Part shown: piece by piece, positions 30,418 through 40,516 of the stretch
Position numbering within the stretch: the stretch's first letter is position 1
Layout: every line of letters starts with the position of its first letter
Source of the DNA: Promethearchaeota archaeon
Lineage (GTDB): Archaea; Asgardarchaeota; Lokiarchaeia; Sigyniarchaeales; SOKP01
Assembly: GCA_016840165.1 (NCBI GenBank)
Contig: JAEOSU010000031.1
Location: 1-63,998 of the forward strand
DNA length: 63,998 nt
Direction of reading: 5' to 3'
The notes under the pieces: model-generated
Databases searched by the model: none
What the model saw: only the letters and a program-made list of their open reading frames with translations
Told to the model about the DNA's origin: nothing
Translations under genes and position numbers: made by a program

Positions 30418-32079
30418 TTAATCTACTTTTCTCAGTTTTGAAGTAGTAATTGGAGTTGAGTAGCTTTTTAAGAAGACTGAATTATATTTTTGGAAAAATT
30501 CCTCTTTTCGTTTAAACAACAATTTAGTATCTTCTTTTTTAACCTTTCCTGAAGCCCAAAAGATGTGACCAGATTGCATTGTATCGAATAGATCAGCATT
30601 TTTTATAATATTCCCTTCCTTAATGACATATACAATATGGCTCAAGGCGCCTCTAATTTTCTCATAATCTTTTTCTGGGTTTATTTCTTGGGGATTTAAA
30701 TCAATAATATTAAGATCTCCATCATTGCCCTCTGATAAACTTCCCTTTATATCAGAAATACCTAAAGATCTTGCTGGACTTGCTCGAGTAATGGTGATTA
30801 AATCCTGAAAAGAAAGGATCTGGTCATTATTCACAAATGAATGATTTTTTAGAAAATCCTTGTTCATATCTTTCATATAATCTTCCCGTGCTTTATTGCT
30901 TAACAATAGAGAGGCAATCACTGGTATATCGAACACATCAGCGTAATTGGGATAATTTATGGAAAATTGTATTTGCCATTTATTTTTAACTTTAAAAGCT
31001 ATTTCATAGGCATTTGCCCACATATTGCAATGATTATAATTTTGCTTATCAAATTTTCTTAAGGTTGCGAAGAAGTCTCCTTCAAATTCCGTGGCAAATC
31101 GTACCACTTCATATGAATTGTTTTGGTTATTCAAATTGTTAATTAATCTTCTATCAGAAGTAACTAATGGATTTATAGTATTAAATCCTATAAAACCAAG
31201 GTCGAGGTCGTAGTTTTGATGGTCATTATAAAAGTTGATCAATTCAGTATTATCTCCATCAACATTGTAAGAAGAAGCGTGCGCTAAATGGAAAATCTCA
31301 TTTCGAGGTCCTTTTGGAGTAAGACCTAATCCATTTAATTTTTGTAACAGCTCATTTAAGTTATTTTTACCTATATTTGATTCATATCCTTCAATGTGAG
31401 CATGTAAAGCATGAGGGAGTTCAAGGTCTTCAACAAATTTTAAAAGATTCTCATAAACATCCATCGGAGTAAAATTATACAACCGTCCTGTTTCCTTGAG
31501 GCTTTCTCTCAATGCTTTCCAGTTCCAATTCTCACTTTCAAAGGGATTATATACTTTAATTCCGAGAGCTTTAGTTTCGTTGAGGAGATATGATAAAAAG
31601 GCCGAACCATCTTCAACAATTCCTCTCTGAAATTCAAGTTCTAAAGGCCAGAAGTTACTGACATTTAATAAAAAAGCCGTATCTAATACTGGTATGTGTA
31701 TTAAGTCGAAAAGAGTATGCTTGCTTAAGCATGGATATACATTTGCTTCCAATACAAAAGTAAATCCGTTAGTAAGATAAGATTTCGCAATATGCTCTAA
31801 AGTTAAACCCTTCCAATAAGAAGTGAACTCATTATCTCGAGATCCTAACATTCGAGCCCAATTAAGCTGTTGCGAAGCAATATGTGAATGCATATCTATA
31901 GCAGCAGGAACAACGGACTTACCAGAGGCATCTATTTCTTGTACATCAGTATTATTTGTGAATTTACTAACAACTTTTCCATTTTCAATAAGGATATCTT
32001 TTACTTCACCTTCAATCTGATTTATCGGATCATAGACCATTCCATTTTTTACGAGTAATTTCGCCACTATTTTAAACAC
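30418..32079 (-). CDS. fwdA: Formylmethanofuran dehydrogenase subunit A-like amidohydrolase (divergent)
   Basis: KNGMVYDP, DMHSHIA, KVYNP, ITRASPARSLG; cluster context. Confidence 0.85.
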   Translation of the reverse strand: MFKIVAKLLVKNGMVYDPINQIEGEVKDILIENGKVVSKFTNNTDVQEIDASGKSVVPAAIDMHSHIASQQLNWARMLGSRDNEFTSYWKGLTLEHIAKSYLTNGFTFVLEANVYPCLSKHTLFDLIHIPVLDTAFLLNVSNFWPLELEFQRGIVEDGSAFLSYLLNETKALGIKVYNPFESENWNWKALRESLKETGRLYNFTPMDVYENLLKFVEDLELPHALHAHIEGYESNIGKNNLNELLQKLNGLGLTPKGPRNEIFHLAHASSYNVDGDNTELINFYNDHQNYDLDLGFIGFNTINPLVTSDRRLINNLNNQNNSYEVVRFATEFEGDFFATLRKFDKQNYNHCNMWANAYEIAFKVKNKWQIQFSINYPNYADVFDIPVIASLLLSNKAREDYMKDMNKDFLKNHSFVNNDQILSFQDLITITRASPARSLGISDIKGSLSEGNDGDLNIIDLNPQEINPEKDYEKIRGALSHIVYVIKEGNIIKNADLFDTMQSGHIFWASGKVKKEDTKLLFKRKEEFFQKYNSVFLKSYSTPITTSKLRKVD

Positions 32080-32461
32080 CTCTAATCTTACTAATTATAT
32101 CCTCGTATTTTGTTACTGCTTCGTCTGTAGCTTTGACGTTTACCTTAATATTTTTAAAAAATAATTCATCATCTTCAACTTTGGTGAGTTGATTTGCCCA
32201 AATTGATACTGGTAATAAAATACTTCCCTCAGGCACATCTTCATCTTCTAAAGCTTTAACTACTATCGAGCCCTCGTCATTTCTTATGTTTAAGTACTCC
32301 TCATTTTTTAGATTTAACTCTTTCATATTCGTTGGGTTAAGAAATGCGATAGCCAAATTTTCTTCTAGAGATTTAGTATCTCCAAAGGCAAATTCTTTCG
32401 TTTGATCATTATCAACTTTTCGCACAGTATTCAAAATCAATTCCATATTACATTCCTCCAT
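32072..32461 (-). CDS. fwdD: Formylmethanofuran dehydrogenase subunit D-like
   Basis: LNTVR...Q, WANQL, FKNIKV; overlaps both neighbours. Confidence 0.8.
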   Translation of the reverse strand: MEECNMELILNTVRKVDNDQTKEFAFGDTKSLEENLAIAFLNPTNMKELNLKNEEYLNIRNDEGSIVVKALEDEDVPEGSILLPVSIWANQLTKVEDDELFFKNIKVNVKATDEAVTKYEDIISKIRGV

Positions 32462-33752
32462 TAGCTAGTTTACTTATTATTTTATTCAATAGTTTTGCAT
32501 CCGAAGTAAGGTTACTAGGGGGATTTACTATTTTTTCTAACTGAATAGGGACTTGATCTAAGCGAAATGCTAACCCCTCACATTCGATACCAGTTATGGC
32601 CGTAGGAAGAATGATATCAGCAATTTTAGCAGTAGCCGTCATCTGGTTGTCAATAAGGATAATAGGCTTTTTTGCAAGTTTTGAGCTTAAAGAATAAGGA
32701 AGATGTGAAATAGGATCTGTTCCAACAATTATTGAATAATCAAAATCATTAGTATTGATTTTTGAAACTAAAGTATGGTTGGAATCAACAAGCTTTTGAT
32801 CTTTAAATTGTAAACCTCCTATTTTTCCCGCTAAAGAAAGTGCTACATGATCAAAACCCGCCATATTATAATGACCCCCCATCATAATCAAGGACATTCG
32901 TCCTTTTTCTTGCTTTGAATTGATAAGCTGAATAAACTCTAAGATCTCACGAATAAATTGATTATTTTTATCACTCTTTAATATCCCCTGCCCTAAGAAG
33001 ATCACACCGTTTTCAGTACCCATAATATGGAGGAGTATTCTCTTCAGATCCTCTTGATCTATACCCGCGACTCCTTCTGAGGGAATAGAATCGGATTGAC
33101 AACATTCTTCCTTAAGTGCTCTGACAAGCTCAATATCACTTCCCGGTTTAATTCTTAAAGCTATGTCTCGTACTCCCATAACATTAAACGAGGCTGACTT
33201 TACGGGATCGATTATTACTAGCGTTTTTATTTCTCTCCCTGTCATACGAAACTTACCCCTTGAAAAGAGAGTCTTATTCAAAAGACGAGGAATAGTTTCA
33301 GCGGGATTTGCTCCCCATAGGATTAAAAGGTCTGCTTTATTGATTAATTCTGTAATTGTGGTAAGATTAATACCAAATTCTTTTGCAATTCCAAGGACTT
33401 TCCCTTGACAAATTGATGCGTTTGAATCAATAAATCCATTTATGGTTTTAGCTAACTCAATACCTTTGGCTTGCGCCTCACAACTTGAATTCGAAAACCC
33501 ATAAAGTAGAGGATTAGATGCATTTTTAACGATTTTTACTGTTTCATTTATTGCTTCCTCCCAACTAATCTTTTTTAGTTCATTATCTTTACGAATCAGA
33601 GGAGAAATTATGCGATTTTTGGCTGTAACTCGATCAAATCGTTCCTTTCCTTTCAAACAAGCTCCAATAACCTCATCTATAAAGAGGCCATCGGATCGAA
33701 TCATAATATCATCACATAGAAGTGAGCATCCAGAACAAGTATAACGTTTCAA
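32448..33752 (-). CDS. fwdB: Formylmethanofuran dehydrogenase subunit B-like (divergent active site)
   Basis: CSGCSLLCDDI...C, NKADLLILWGANP, GHYNM, GIECEGLAFRLD. Confidence 0.87.
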   Translation of the reverse strand: MKRYTCSGCSLLCDDIMIRSDGLFIDEVIGACLKGKERFDRVTAKNRIISPLIRKDNELKKISWEEAINETVKIVKNASNPLLYGFSNSSCEAQAKGIELAKTINGFIDSNASICQGKVLGIAKEFGINLTTITELINKADLLILWGANPAETIPRLLNKTLFSRGKFRMTGREIKTLVIIDPVKSASFNVMGVRDIALRIKPGSDIELVRALKEECCQSDSIPSEGVAGIDQEDLKRILLHIMGTENGVIFLGQGILKSDKNNQFIREILEFIQLINSKQEKGRMSLIMMGGHYNMAGFDHVALSLAGKIGGLQFKDQKLVDSNHTLVSKINTNDFDYSIIVGTDPISHLPYSLSSKLAKKPIILIDNQMTATAKIADIILPTAITGIECEGLAFRLDQVPIQLEKIVNPPSNLTSDAKLLNKIISKLANGGM

Positions 33753-33788
33753 ATTTATCCCTTATTTTAAAATAGTTAAAAAATTAAA

Positions 33789-34256
33789 TTATACATATTC
33801 GATTTTTATGGCTTCACGTGGGCAGTATGTTTCACAGACACGACATTCCCGTTCTCGTCCTTCAGCTTCAATCCTACGACAATGCTGAATTTCTAATAAC
33901 TCACATTTTCCAGAAACTACCTGAAATAGCTGATGCTTTTCTGGAGGATAGTCTGGTGCCTTTCCACTTAAACTTGGAGGGCAATATCGCGCATTAACGG
34001 GACAAACAGTCACGCAAATACCACATCCATCACACAAATCCGAATCAACATTAATTCTTAACTCTTTTTCTTGCCCCTCCTCAGATCCAATTAGTTCTTT
34101 GAGCTTTTCATATTGTTTCTTATATTTTGGTTGTAATAAAGGAGGACAATCATCGATTTTTACTTTTCCCTGCAATAGATCTAAGGCAAAGGCCATACAA
34201 GTCGGCTTACCGCACTCTTTACAATTTGTTTTTGGTAGGTACTTGTACAATTCCAT
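33789..34256 (-). CDS. fwdG: FwdG-like ferredoxin with N-terminal FeS domain
   Basis: LPKTNCKECGKPTCMAFA; CDGCGICVTVCP; CRVCETYCP. Confidence 0.75.
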   Translation of the reverse strand: MELYKYLPKTNCKECGKPTCMAFALDLLQGKVKIDDCPPLLQPKYKKQYEKLKELIGSEEGQEKELRINVDSDLCDGCGICVTVCPVNARYCPPSLSGKAPDYPPEKHQLFQVVSGKCELLEIQHCRRIEAEGRERECRVCETYCPREAIKIEYV

Positions 34257-34467
34257 AAAATTTTGTACTGGCGTTTGTAATCATCCATGAAAAGTTGATT
34301 CTATCAATTATGTAATAATATTCGAGATTTTATTAATCTCTTTAGATTATTTGAAATAAATCGATTGAATTCCCACTTAATTATTGCTTCTATAGGATTT
34401 AAAAAGAATTAAATTCTATTACTGAAATAGTATAATATTACAAAAAACAAGAAAAAAAAGAAGAAGA

Positions 34468-35313
34468 TTGTATATGGTTGATAGGTTAAATATCGCAGCG
34501 ATTTTTGCCCACCCAGATGATTTAACTTTTCTTGCTGCAGGATCTGTCGCACGATGGGCATCAGAGGGTCACAAAATTTACTCTATTTGTTGTACAAACG
34601 GCGAGGTAGGAACTTTAAGGCGCGATATTACAAAAAAAGATGTGGCTAAGAAGCGAGAGGAAGAATTAGATGCAGCGAATAAGATTCTAGGAATCAAAAA
34701 GAATTACATGTTGGGGTATCCAGATGCAGGATTTATTAAGGGTGAGGAACTCAGAAAAAATTTAGTCTATCATGTTCGCAAATTAAAAATAGATAGAATA
34801 ATTACCCTCGATCCTTGGGTTAAGTATGAAGTACATCCCGATCATGTTATTGTTGGCCGAATGGCAGCAGAAGCGGGAGCATTTTCTACCTTTCCTTTAT
34901 TATATGAAGATCAACTTAAAAATGGTTTAGAGCCATATAATTGTTCAGAAGTATGGTTTATGGGACTATTGGGGCATGCACCTAACGCTATTGTTGACAT
35001 TTCTCAAGTAATGGAAAAAAAAGTTCAGGCTGCTTTGCAATTTGAATCCACTTTTGAAATAATTAAAAATATATTTGGTATTCAAGTAGATCTTAATAAT
35101 ATTACAGACCTGAATAAAGTTAAAATTGAAAAAAACCTTAAACGATTATTTCAATCTATAGGAACTGCTATAGGGAAAAAGTATGGTGTTGGTATTGCTG
35201 AAGCTTTTTATGTTCAAAAAACTGAACCAGGGCATTTCGATAATTTTCAAGAGATTCTTTCTGAAATTTTAGGAAATTCTTTAGCTCCTCCTAAAATCTA
35301 TCGGAGGGATTAA
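34468..35313 (+). CDS. PIG-L/LmbE-family deacetylase
   Basis: AHPDD and HPDH motifs. Confidence 0.9.
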   Translation: MYMVDRLNIAAIFAHPDDLTFLAAGSVARWASEGHKIYSICCTNGEVGTLRRDITKKDVAKKREEELDAANKILGIKKNYMLGYPDAGFIKGEELRKNLVYHVRKLKIDRIITLDPWVKYEVHPDHVIVGRMAAEAGAFSTFPLLYEDQLKNGLEPYNCSEVWFMGLLGHAPNAIVDISQVMEKKVQAALQFESTFEIIKNIFGIQVDLNNITDLNKVKIEKNLKRLFQSIGTAIGKKYGVGIAEAFYVQKTEPGHFDNFQEILSEILGNSLAPPKIYRRD

Positions 35314-36233
35314 AAATTTTTCAATTCCTTTTTCAAATTTTTGTATATTTCTTTTATTGAAATACTTGCTTTTGAATTAGGAGCATAGTCAACAACGGGT
35401 TCGGCATAAGACATGGCCTCGGGTATAGCATAATCAAAATTAATTTTCCCCAAGATCTTATATTTTGTATCTTTTATGTACTTTTTAAATTTTTCTTGAA
35501 AAGGACTCTTTAAATCTGCTTTATTTACGACAATACTAAATGGAATTTTAAATTGGTCAACGAGTTCTAAAATTCGAACAAGATCGTGGAGCCCAGATGG
35601 CGTAGGTTCTGTTATCGCAATAACATAATTAAGACCGGTCAACATTGCGATTACTGGACATCCAATTCCAGGAGGACCATCGACTATTGTCAAGTTAGAA
35701 CTCTGATACTTATCTGAATGTTTTGCAAACTCCTTCACTTCAGAAACTAGCTTTCCTGATGTTGTGCTCCCTAATATAGTTTTGCCAAAAATCAGTAAGG
35801 AACCATACTTATTATCATAGGATATAATCTCACCGCTTTTTACAGGATGAATCTCGAACGCATGTTCTGGACAAAGTGTTTTACAAGCACCACACCCTTC
35901 ACATTTTAAATAATCAATGTTTGGAATCTCTTTTTCTTCATCCCAAGTGAGTGCATTAAACTCACAATAATGATCATCAATACACGACCTACAGTGAACA
36001 CATTTATCCGGGATAAAGGTTGCCTTGATGGTGGTATATGTATCGTCTTTTTGAGGCTCAATATCGGAGTCTGGGGGTAATATTATCGAAAGATTAGGAG
36101 CATCAACGTCGCAATCGAGAATAATTGGAGTGAATTCCTCGTCATTACCCGCGAGAGAGGCCAATGATGCGGTTAATGAGGTTTTTCCTACTCCACCTTT
36201 ACCTGATACAATTCCTACAATAATATTATCCAA
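35310..36233 (-). CDS. MinD-superfamily P-loop ATPase with inserted ferredoxin
   Basis: SGKGGVGKT, DCDVDAPN, two 4Fe-4S motifs, DGPPGIGCP, TEPT. Confidence 0.9.
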   Translation of the reverse strand: MDNIIVGIVSGKGGVGKTSLTASLASLAGNDEEFTPIILDCDVDAPNLSIILPPDSDIEPQKDDTYTTIKATFIPDKCVHCRSCIDDHYCEFNALTWDEEKEIPNIDYLKCEGCGACKTLCPEHAFEIHPVKSGEIISYDNKYGSLLIFGKTILGSTTSGKLVSEVKEFAKHSDKYQSSNLTIVDGPPGIGCPVIAMLTGLNYVIAITEPTPSGLHDLVRILELVDQFKIPFSIVVNKADLKSPFQEKFKKYIKDTKYKILGKINFDYAIPEAMSYAEPVVDYAPNSKASISIKEIYKNLKKELKNF

Positions 36234-36252
36234 TTCTTTGCCTCAACTCATT

Positions 36253-37212
36253 TTAATTTAATTCTTTAATATTTATCCAAATCTTTATTTTTCCATAGAT
36301 TTCCATGAAAGCTTTATAGGCAGGCCCCATTTTCTCACTATTTTTCTTATTTTCCATTAAAGGTACTCCGGCGCAATATGAATTTACGACCTCATCATGT
36401 AAAGGTATTTTCCCAAGAATGTCTAATTGAAGACTATTAAGCTCGTTAAAGAATTGGTTTTTATATCCTAATAAGGTACTCCGATTTACTATTACCTTGT
36501 ATTCCTTACCAAGCAATGTAATTAGTTCATTAATCCGAATTAAATCTGATAAACCAAAACGCGTAGGTTCCGTCACAGGGATTACATAATCTGCTTTTTC
36601 AATTAATTCTTCCACATCACAATGTGCTCCGGGAGCAGTATCAATAATCACTACATCATAACCGTCTTCAGCATCATTAATCTTCGTGTCTAATTCTTCC
36701 AACAAGGATTCAATAACAGATGCCGATCGTGCTTCTCCGGGCTTTAATTCTCCCACTAAAAGGTCGAGTCCCATTTCCATTAATTCATATATCCATCCTA
36801 CCGTTTTATAATCAGCCTCGATAGCTTCTGTAGGGCAAATCTTATAACATAGTTTACATCCAGAGCAAACTGCTAAAATTGGAATAGGAAAAGAATCTTT
36901 CACATGAAGAAGCGCATGAGGTACACAGTTTTGAGCACAGAGTCCGCACTTAGTGCATTTTTCTTCGTTTATCGATGGTTTAAAAAATAATACTTCCTCT
37001 CTCTTTCCTAATTCCCCTCCTAATAACAAATAGGTATTAGGATTTTCACTATCACCATCGATTAATAAAGTTTTATATCCCTCATTCTTAAACATTATAG
37101 CTAAATTCACTGCTACAAGTGTTTTCCCAGTTCCACCTTTTCCTCCAGTCACACAAATAATTATTGGTTTACTTGCCATTCTGCTTAAATATGTTGTTGT
37201 TTTTGAATTCAA
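36253..37212 (-). CDS. MinD-superfamily P-loop ATPase with inserted ferredoxin (partner paralog)
   Basis: GGKGGTGKT, CTKCGLC, CSGCKLC, TEPTRFGLSDL. Confidence 0.9.
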   Translation of the reverse strand: MNSKTTTYLSRMASKPIIICVTGGKGGTGKTLVAVNLAIMFKNEGYKTLLIDGDSENPNTYLLLGGELGKREEVLFFKPSINEEKCTKCGLCAQNCVPHALLHVKDSFPIPILAVCSGCKLCYKICPTEAIEADYKTVGWIYELMEMGLDLLVGELKPGEARSASVIESLLEELDTKINDAEDGYDVVIIDTAPGAHCDVEELIEKADYVIPVTEPTRFGLSDLIRINELITLLGKEYKVIVNRSTLLGYKNQFFNELNSLQLDILGKIPLHDEVVNSYCAGVPLMENKKNSEKMGPAYKAFMEIYGKIKIWINIKELN

Positions 37213-37220
37213 ACTTTATC

Positions 37221-37676
37221 TCAGCGCATTGAACGGCGTCCCATCCCCTGACCGCCTCCCATGCCTCGACCGCCTCCCATACCTCGACCACCACCCATCC
37301 CCTGATGGGCTGATACATTCGCATTTGAGATAATCGATAATTTATCCTCTATATATAGATCAATTACCTCTCTCACGGTCATTGTTTGGTTAGGTGCTTG
37401 ATACATCGGGATATTTAAAGCATTTAACGATTGAGCAGCATTTGGTCCTAAAAATCCAATTATTACTGCCTCGGCACCATTATTACCGATCAATTGAGCA
37501 GCATGAATTCCAGCTCCACCCATTTGACCAACAGCAGTGTTTGATATCGCTTTTACTTCCACAATCTTCTTATCTTCAACATGTACGAAAGTGAAACTCG
37601 GACATCGTCCAAAACGACTATTCATCATCTCTTTTAATCCCCCATTTCCATCTGAGGGAACTGCAATTATTACCAT
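37221..37676 (-). CDS. NifB/NifX-family metallocluster-binding protein with Gly-rich tail
   Basis: SRFGRCPSF, GGAGIHAAQ, GPNA; GMGGGR-type repeats. Confidence 0.88.
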   Translation of the reverse strand: MVIIAVPSDGNGGLKEMMNSRFGRCPSFTFVHVEDKKIVEVKAISNTAVGQMGGAGIHAAQLIGNNGAEAVIIGFLGPNAAQSLNALNIPMYQAPNQTMTVREVIDLYIEDKLSIISNANVSAHQGMGGGRGMGGGRGMGGGQGMGRRSMR

Positions 37677-37712
37677 TTTAATCCAACTGTTTTTTATGAT
37701 TATTTATTATAT

Positions 37713-37749
37713 TGAATTATTATTCAAAATAAAAGTGAATTTTTATTCA
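37713..37749. promoter_or_regulatory. Two tandem palindromes TGAAT-N4-ATTCA (putative operator)
   Basis: TGAATTATTATTCA at 37713..37726 and TGAATTTTTATTCA at 37736..37749, between the divergent nifX-like and mrp genes. Confidence 0.6.
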
Positions 37750-37983
37750 AAAAAATAAATATTTACTCATATAAAAAATTATTGAATATAATCCATGTGA
37801 TTATTAAAATTTTAAGAATAATAATTCATTATATTTGGTAATTAAATTCCACTTAAAATGATTCAATTATAATTGTAGTACATTGATTTATTTCAAATTA
37901 TTAACCATAAGTTAATGAGTAATTAAGACTGTTTTTAGTTATGACTAAAACATTGAGAAATATATACCTATGAAGTGTGAAAA

Positions 37984-38853
37984 ATGAGTGATGAGATACC
38001 TGATATCGATTTAAAAAAAACTGTAGATGAAGGGCGCAAGGATGCAATGGAACAGCGGATGGAACGAATTAAGGAAAATATGTCCAAGATAAAGCATAAA
38101 ATTGTAGTGATATCTGGAAAAGGCGGAGTAGGAAAGACAACCGTGGCGGTTAACCTTGCAATTAGCTTAGCTAGTATTGGATTACGTGTTGGAATTTTAG
38201 ATGTTGATATAACGGGTCCAAATGTAAATAAAATGCTTGGAATCAGTCCTGAGATCCGACCTCGAGTCGATCCTGATGGTCAACGCTTTTACCCAGTTGA
38301 TGGTCCTTTAAGCACTAAAGTAATGAGTATGGCCTTTCTTACCCAAGATTCTGATACACCTGTGATTTGGAGGGGTCCAATGAAGATGGGTGCCTTACGT
38401 CAATTTTTGGGAGAAGCTGTGTGGGGAGACCTTGATTATTTAGTTTGTGACTTACCTCCAGGTACATCCGATGAGACTTTAGATATACTCCAACTTATAC
38501 CTGATGAAAATGTTGTTATTGTATCAACACCACAAGAAGTGGCATTAATGGATGCCCGTAAAACAATTGCTATGGCAAATACTATGGAGAGACATGTCCT
38601 TGGGATTATAGAGAATATGTCCGGATTTAATTGTCCTTATTGTGGTGAATTTATAGACCTTTATCCTCCTGGTGGTGCTGAAAAGGCCTCAAAGGATTTT
38701 AACGTACCCTTATTAGGAAAAATACCTTTCGAAATAGAGGTTAGCGAGCAAGGAGACCGTGGATTACCGTTTGTTCTTAAATATCCTGATGGTGCGAGTG
38801 CTAAAGCATTTAAATCCATCGTGAAAAGAATACGCGAGCTTGTAGAAAAATAA
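37984..38853 (+). CDS. mrp: Mrp/NBP35 (ApbC) Fe-S cluster carrier ATPase
   Basis: SGKGGVGKT, IWRGP, DLPPGTSD, ENMS..CPYC. Confidence 0.93.
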   Translation: MSDEIPDIDLKKTVDEGRKDAMEQRMERIKENMSKIKHKIVVISGKGGVGKTTVAVNLAISLASIGLRVGILDVDITGPNVNKMLGISPEIRPRVDPDGQRFYPVDGPLSTKVMSMAFLTQDSDTPVIWRGPMKMGALRQFLGEAVWGDLDYLVCDLPPGTSDETLDILQLIPDENVVIVSTPQEVALMDARKTIAMANTMERHVLGIIENMSGFNCPYCGEFIDLYPPGGAEKASKDFNVPLLGKIPFEIEVSEQGDRGLPFVLKYPDGASAKAFKSIVKRIRELVEK

Positions 38854-38987
38854 TTTAAACTTTTTTTCTTCTTCTTTTTTTTGAATATTACATTTAATAT
38901 TTGATCTTATTGTACAAAAAATATTCGCATATTATATAGTCTGATAAATATGCAAATAGTTAAAACTAATAACTATTATTATGATAT

Positions 38988-39527
38988 TTGGCTGAAAAAT
39001 TTCTTATAAACAAGGTAAGGGAAACTAAAATCAAAATGCAAGTTCATCCTGAAGTCTCAAAATTAATAAAAGGAATTGTTATATGTAAAGAAACAGGGAT
39101 TTACCTTTTAGATTTTATTTTAGATACGGAAATAAATCCTCTTTTATTGTCATCTTTCGTTGGGGCTCTTTCACTGTTTGGAGAGGAAAATATGGGAAGA
39201 ATCGAAGAAATTACGATTAAAGGACTTGATATCCAGATGATTATCGTCAATAAATACAATCTTACCCTAATTGCAATAATGGATAAGGATTTTGTGAAGC
39301 ATAATATTCGAAAAGAAGCAGAAAAGTCCTTAGATATGTTTTATAATCTCTATTGTGATGAGATAGGTGAGTGTGTTGACACGAATGCTTTTGACCCCTT
39401 TAAAGAAGTTTTAATACATCAAATAAATAAGTATTTTGAAAATCTTGAAAACTCAGAGAATAAATCTGAAATCAAAGATTTTGGTTTTTTCACTGAAGCG
39501 ATCGCTAAATTAAAAAATCATTCCTGA
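38988..39527 (+). CDS. Longin/roadblock-like domain protein
   Basis: GIVICKETGIYL...LLSSFVGALSLFGEE...IEEI pattern typical of Asgard longin-like proteins. Confidence 0.6.
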   Translation: MAEKFLINKVRETKIKMQVHPEVSKLIKGIVICKETGIYLLDFILDTEINPLLLSSFVGALSLFGEENMGRIEEITIKGLDIQMIIVNKYNLTLIAIMDKDFVKHNIRKEAEKSLDMFYNLYCDEIGECVDTNAFDPFKEVLIHQINKYFENLENSENKSEIKDFGFFTEAIAKLKNHS

Positions 39528-40412
39528 TTAGAAATCTGCGTTTTTTTTCTTAAATATTAAGTCTCCAAGATTTACTTGAAATATTCTTTCCATTAATACA
39601 CATTTTGCTTTAAGCAAATAATATACCTCTTTTTGGGGAATTGGAAGTTTATATAAACTCTCAAAATTTCCTTGTCCTTTTGATAACATCATTCCTCCTT
39701 TGAGGTAAAAGTAATGTTTAAATTCTTCAGTAGAAGTGTTTAAATCAACACCTGGAGTGGGACTAGATTCTATGACTTTAACTAAGTTATCTAAACCTAC
39801 CATTTGGGCATCATCAAGAGTGACATCATTAATAATTGGAGCAGAACGGACAGAATATATAATCTCCAAATCAGGTAAAAGTTTTATGATTGTTTCAATT
39901 AGTAATTTATCAAATACAATCTCACCACAATTATCTCCAAGAATGAGTAGATGCTTTGCGTTCTCTAATGAATATTTAAATTGAGCATAATCATTAATGA
40001 CGAACTTATCGCTCGAAAAAGTTTTCATATCATCAATAAACTCAATTTTGTGTTGCGTCGCCATATCCACCGTATTTCCCAGCGCAGAAATAATGAGTGC
40101 TTTCAATAGGGGATCCTCAGCATTTTTTACAATATTTTGAGCTTCCTCGTAAAATTCTAATGCTATTTGGTTATATCGCTTTTTCAAATCGAAGTATGGA
40201 TCCTTGATACCTAAAGTTTCAGCTACTAGTCCATATGCGGTTTTTCCAATAATAGGAGAAGCCGTGTCATTTATATCAACCTTTATGAGATATTCCATTA
40301 ACTTTTTCTGAGCACTTAATACTTTTTCCCGGGAAATATCCGGTTTTACTAACTTAAATGCCCGTAATACTTGATTAAACAAGCATCCAATACATTCGGG
40401 TTCTAATTGCAT
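39528..40412 (-). CDS. DUF89/ARMT1-like damage-control phosphatase
   Basis: ECIGC, DPY, DNCGEIVFD, INDVT, KGQGNFESL. Confidence 0.9.
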   Translation of the reverse strand: MQLEPECIGCLFNQVLRAFKLVKPDISREKVLSAQKKLMEYLIKVDINDTASPIIGKTAYGLVAETLGIKDPYFDLKKRYNQIALEFYEEAQNIVKNAEDPLLKALIISALGNTVDMATQHKIEFIDDMKTFSSDKFVINDYAQFKYSLENAKHLLILGDNCGEIVFDKLLIETIIKLLPDLEIIYSVRSAPIINDVTLDDAQMVGLDNLVKVIESSPTPGVDLNTSTEEFKHYFYLKGGMMLSKGQGNFESLYKLPIPQKEVYYLLKAKCVLMERIFQVNLGDLIFKKKNADF

Positions 40413-40516
40413 TTTATATTCTGATAATAGATTTAATCCTTATTGAGTTTCAAAATTAAACACAAAACAAAAATATTAGTAAAAATAAAAGAAAAAGAAA
40501 AAGAAAAAAAAAAGGA

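Noticed and set aside
33400-33427. Possible selenocysteine in FwdB
   Set aside because: The ligand codon is TGT (Cys) and the ORF has no in-frame TGA
27326-34256. Methanogenesis suggested by mtaA-like, corrinoid and fwd genes
   Set aside because: No mcr or mtr genes in the window; these modules also occur in non-methanogenic archaea
37230-37305. Imperfect 18-bp GC-rich tandem repeats
   Set aside because: They encode the GMGGGR tail of the NifX-like protein; no spacers, so not CRISPR
37221-37676. Nitrogen fixation suggested by the NifX-like gene
   Set aside because: No nifHDK; this family commonly accompanies MinD-ferredoxin ATPases in non-diazotrophs
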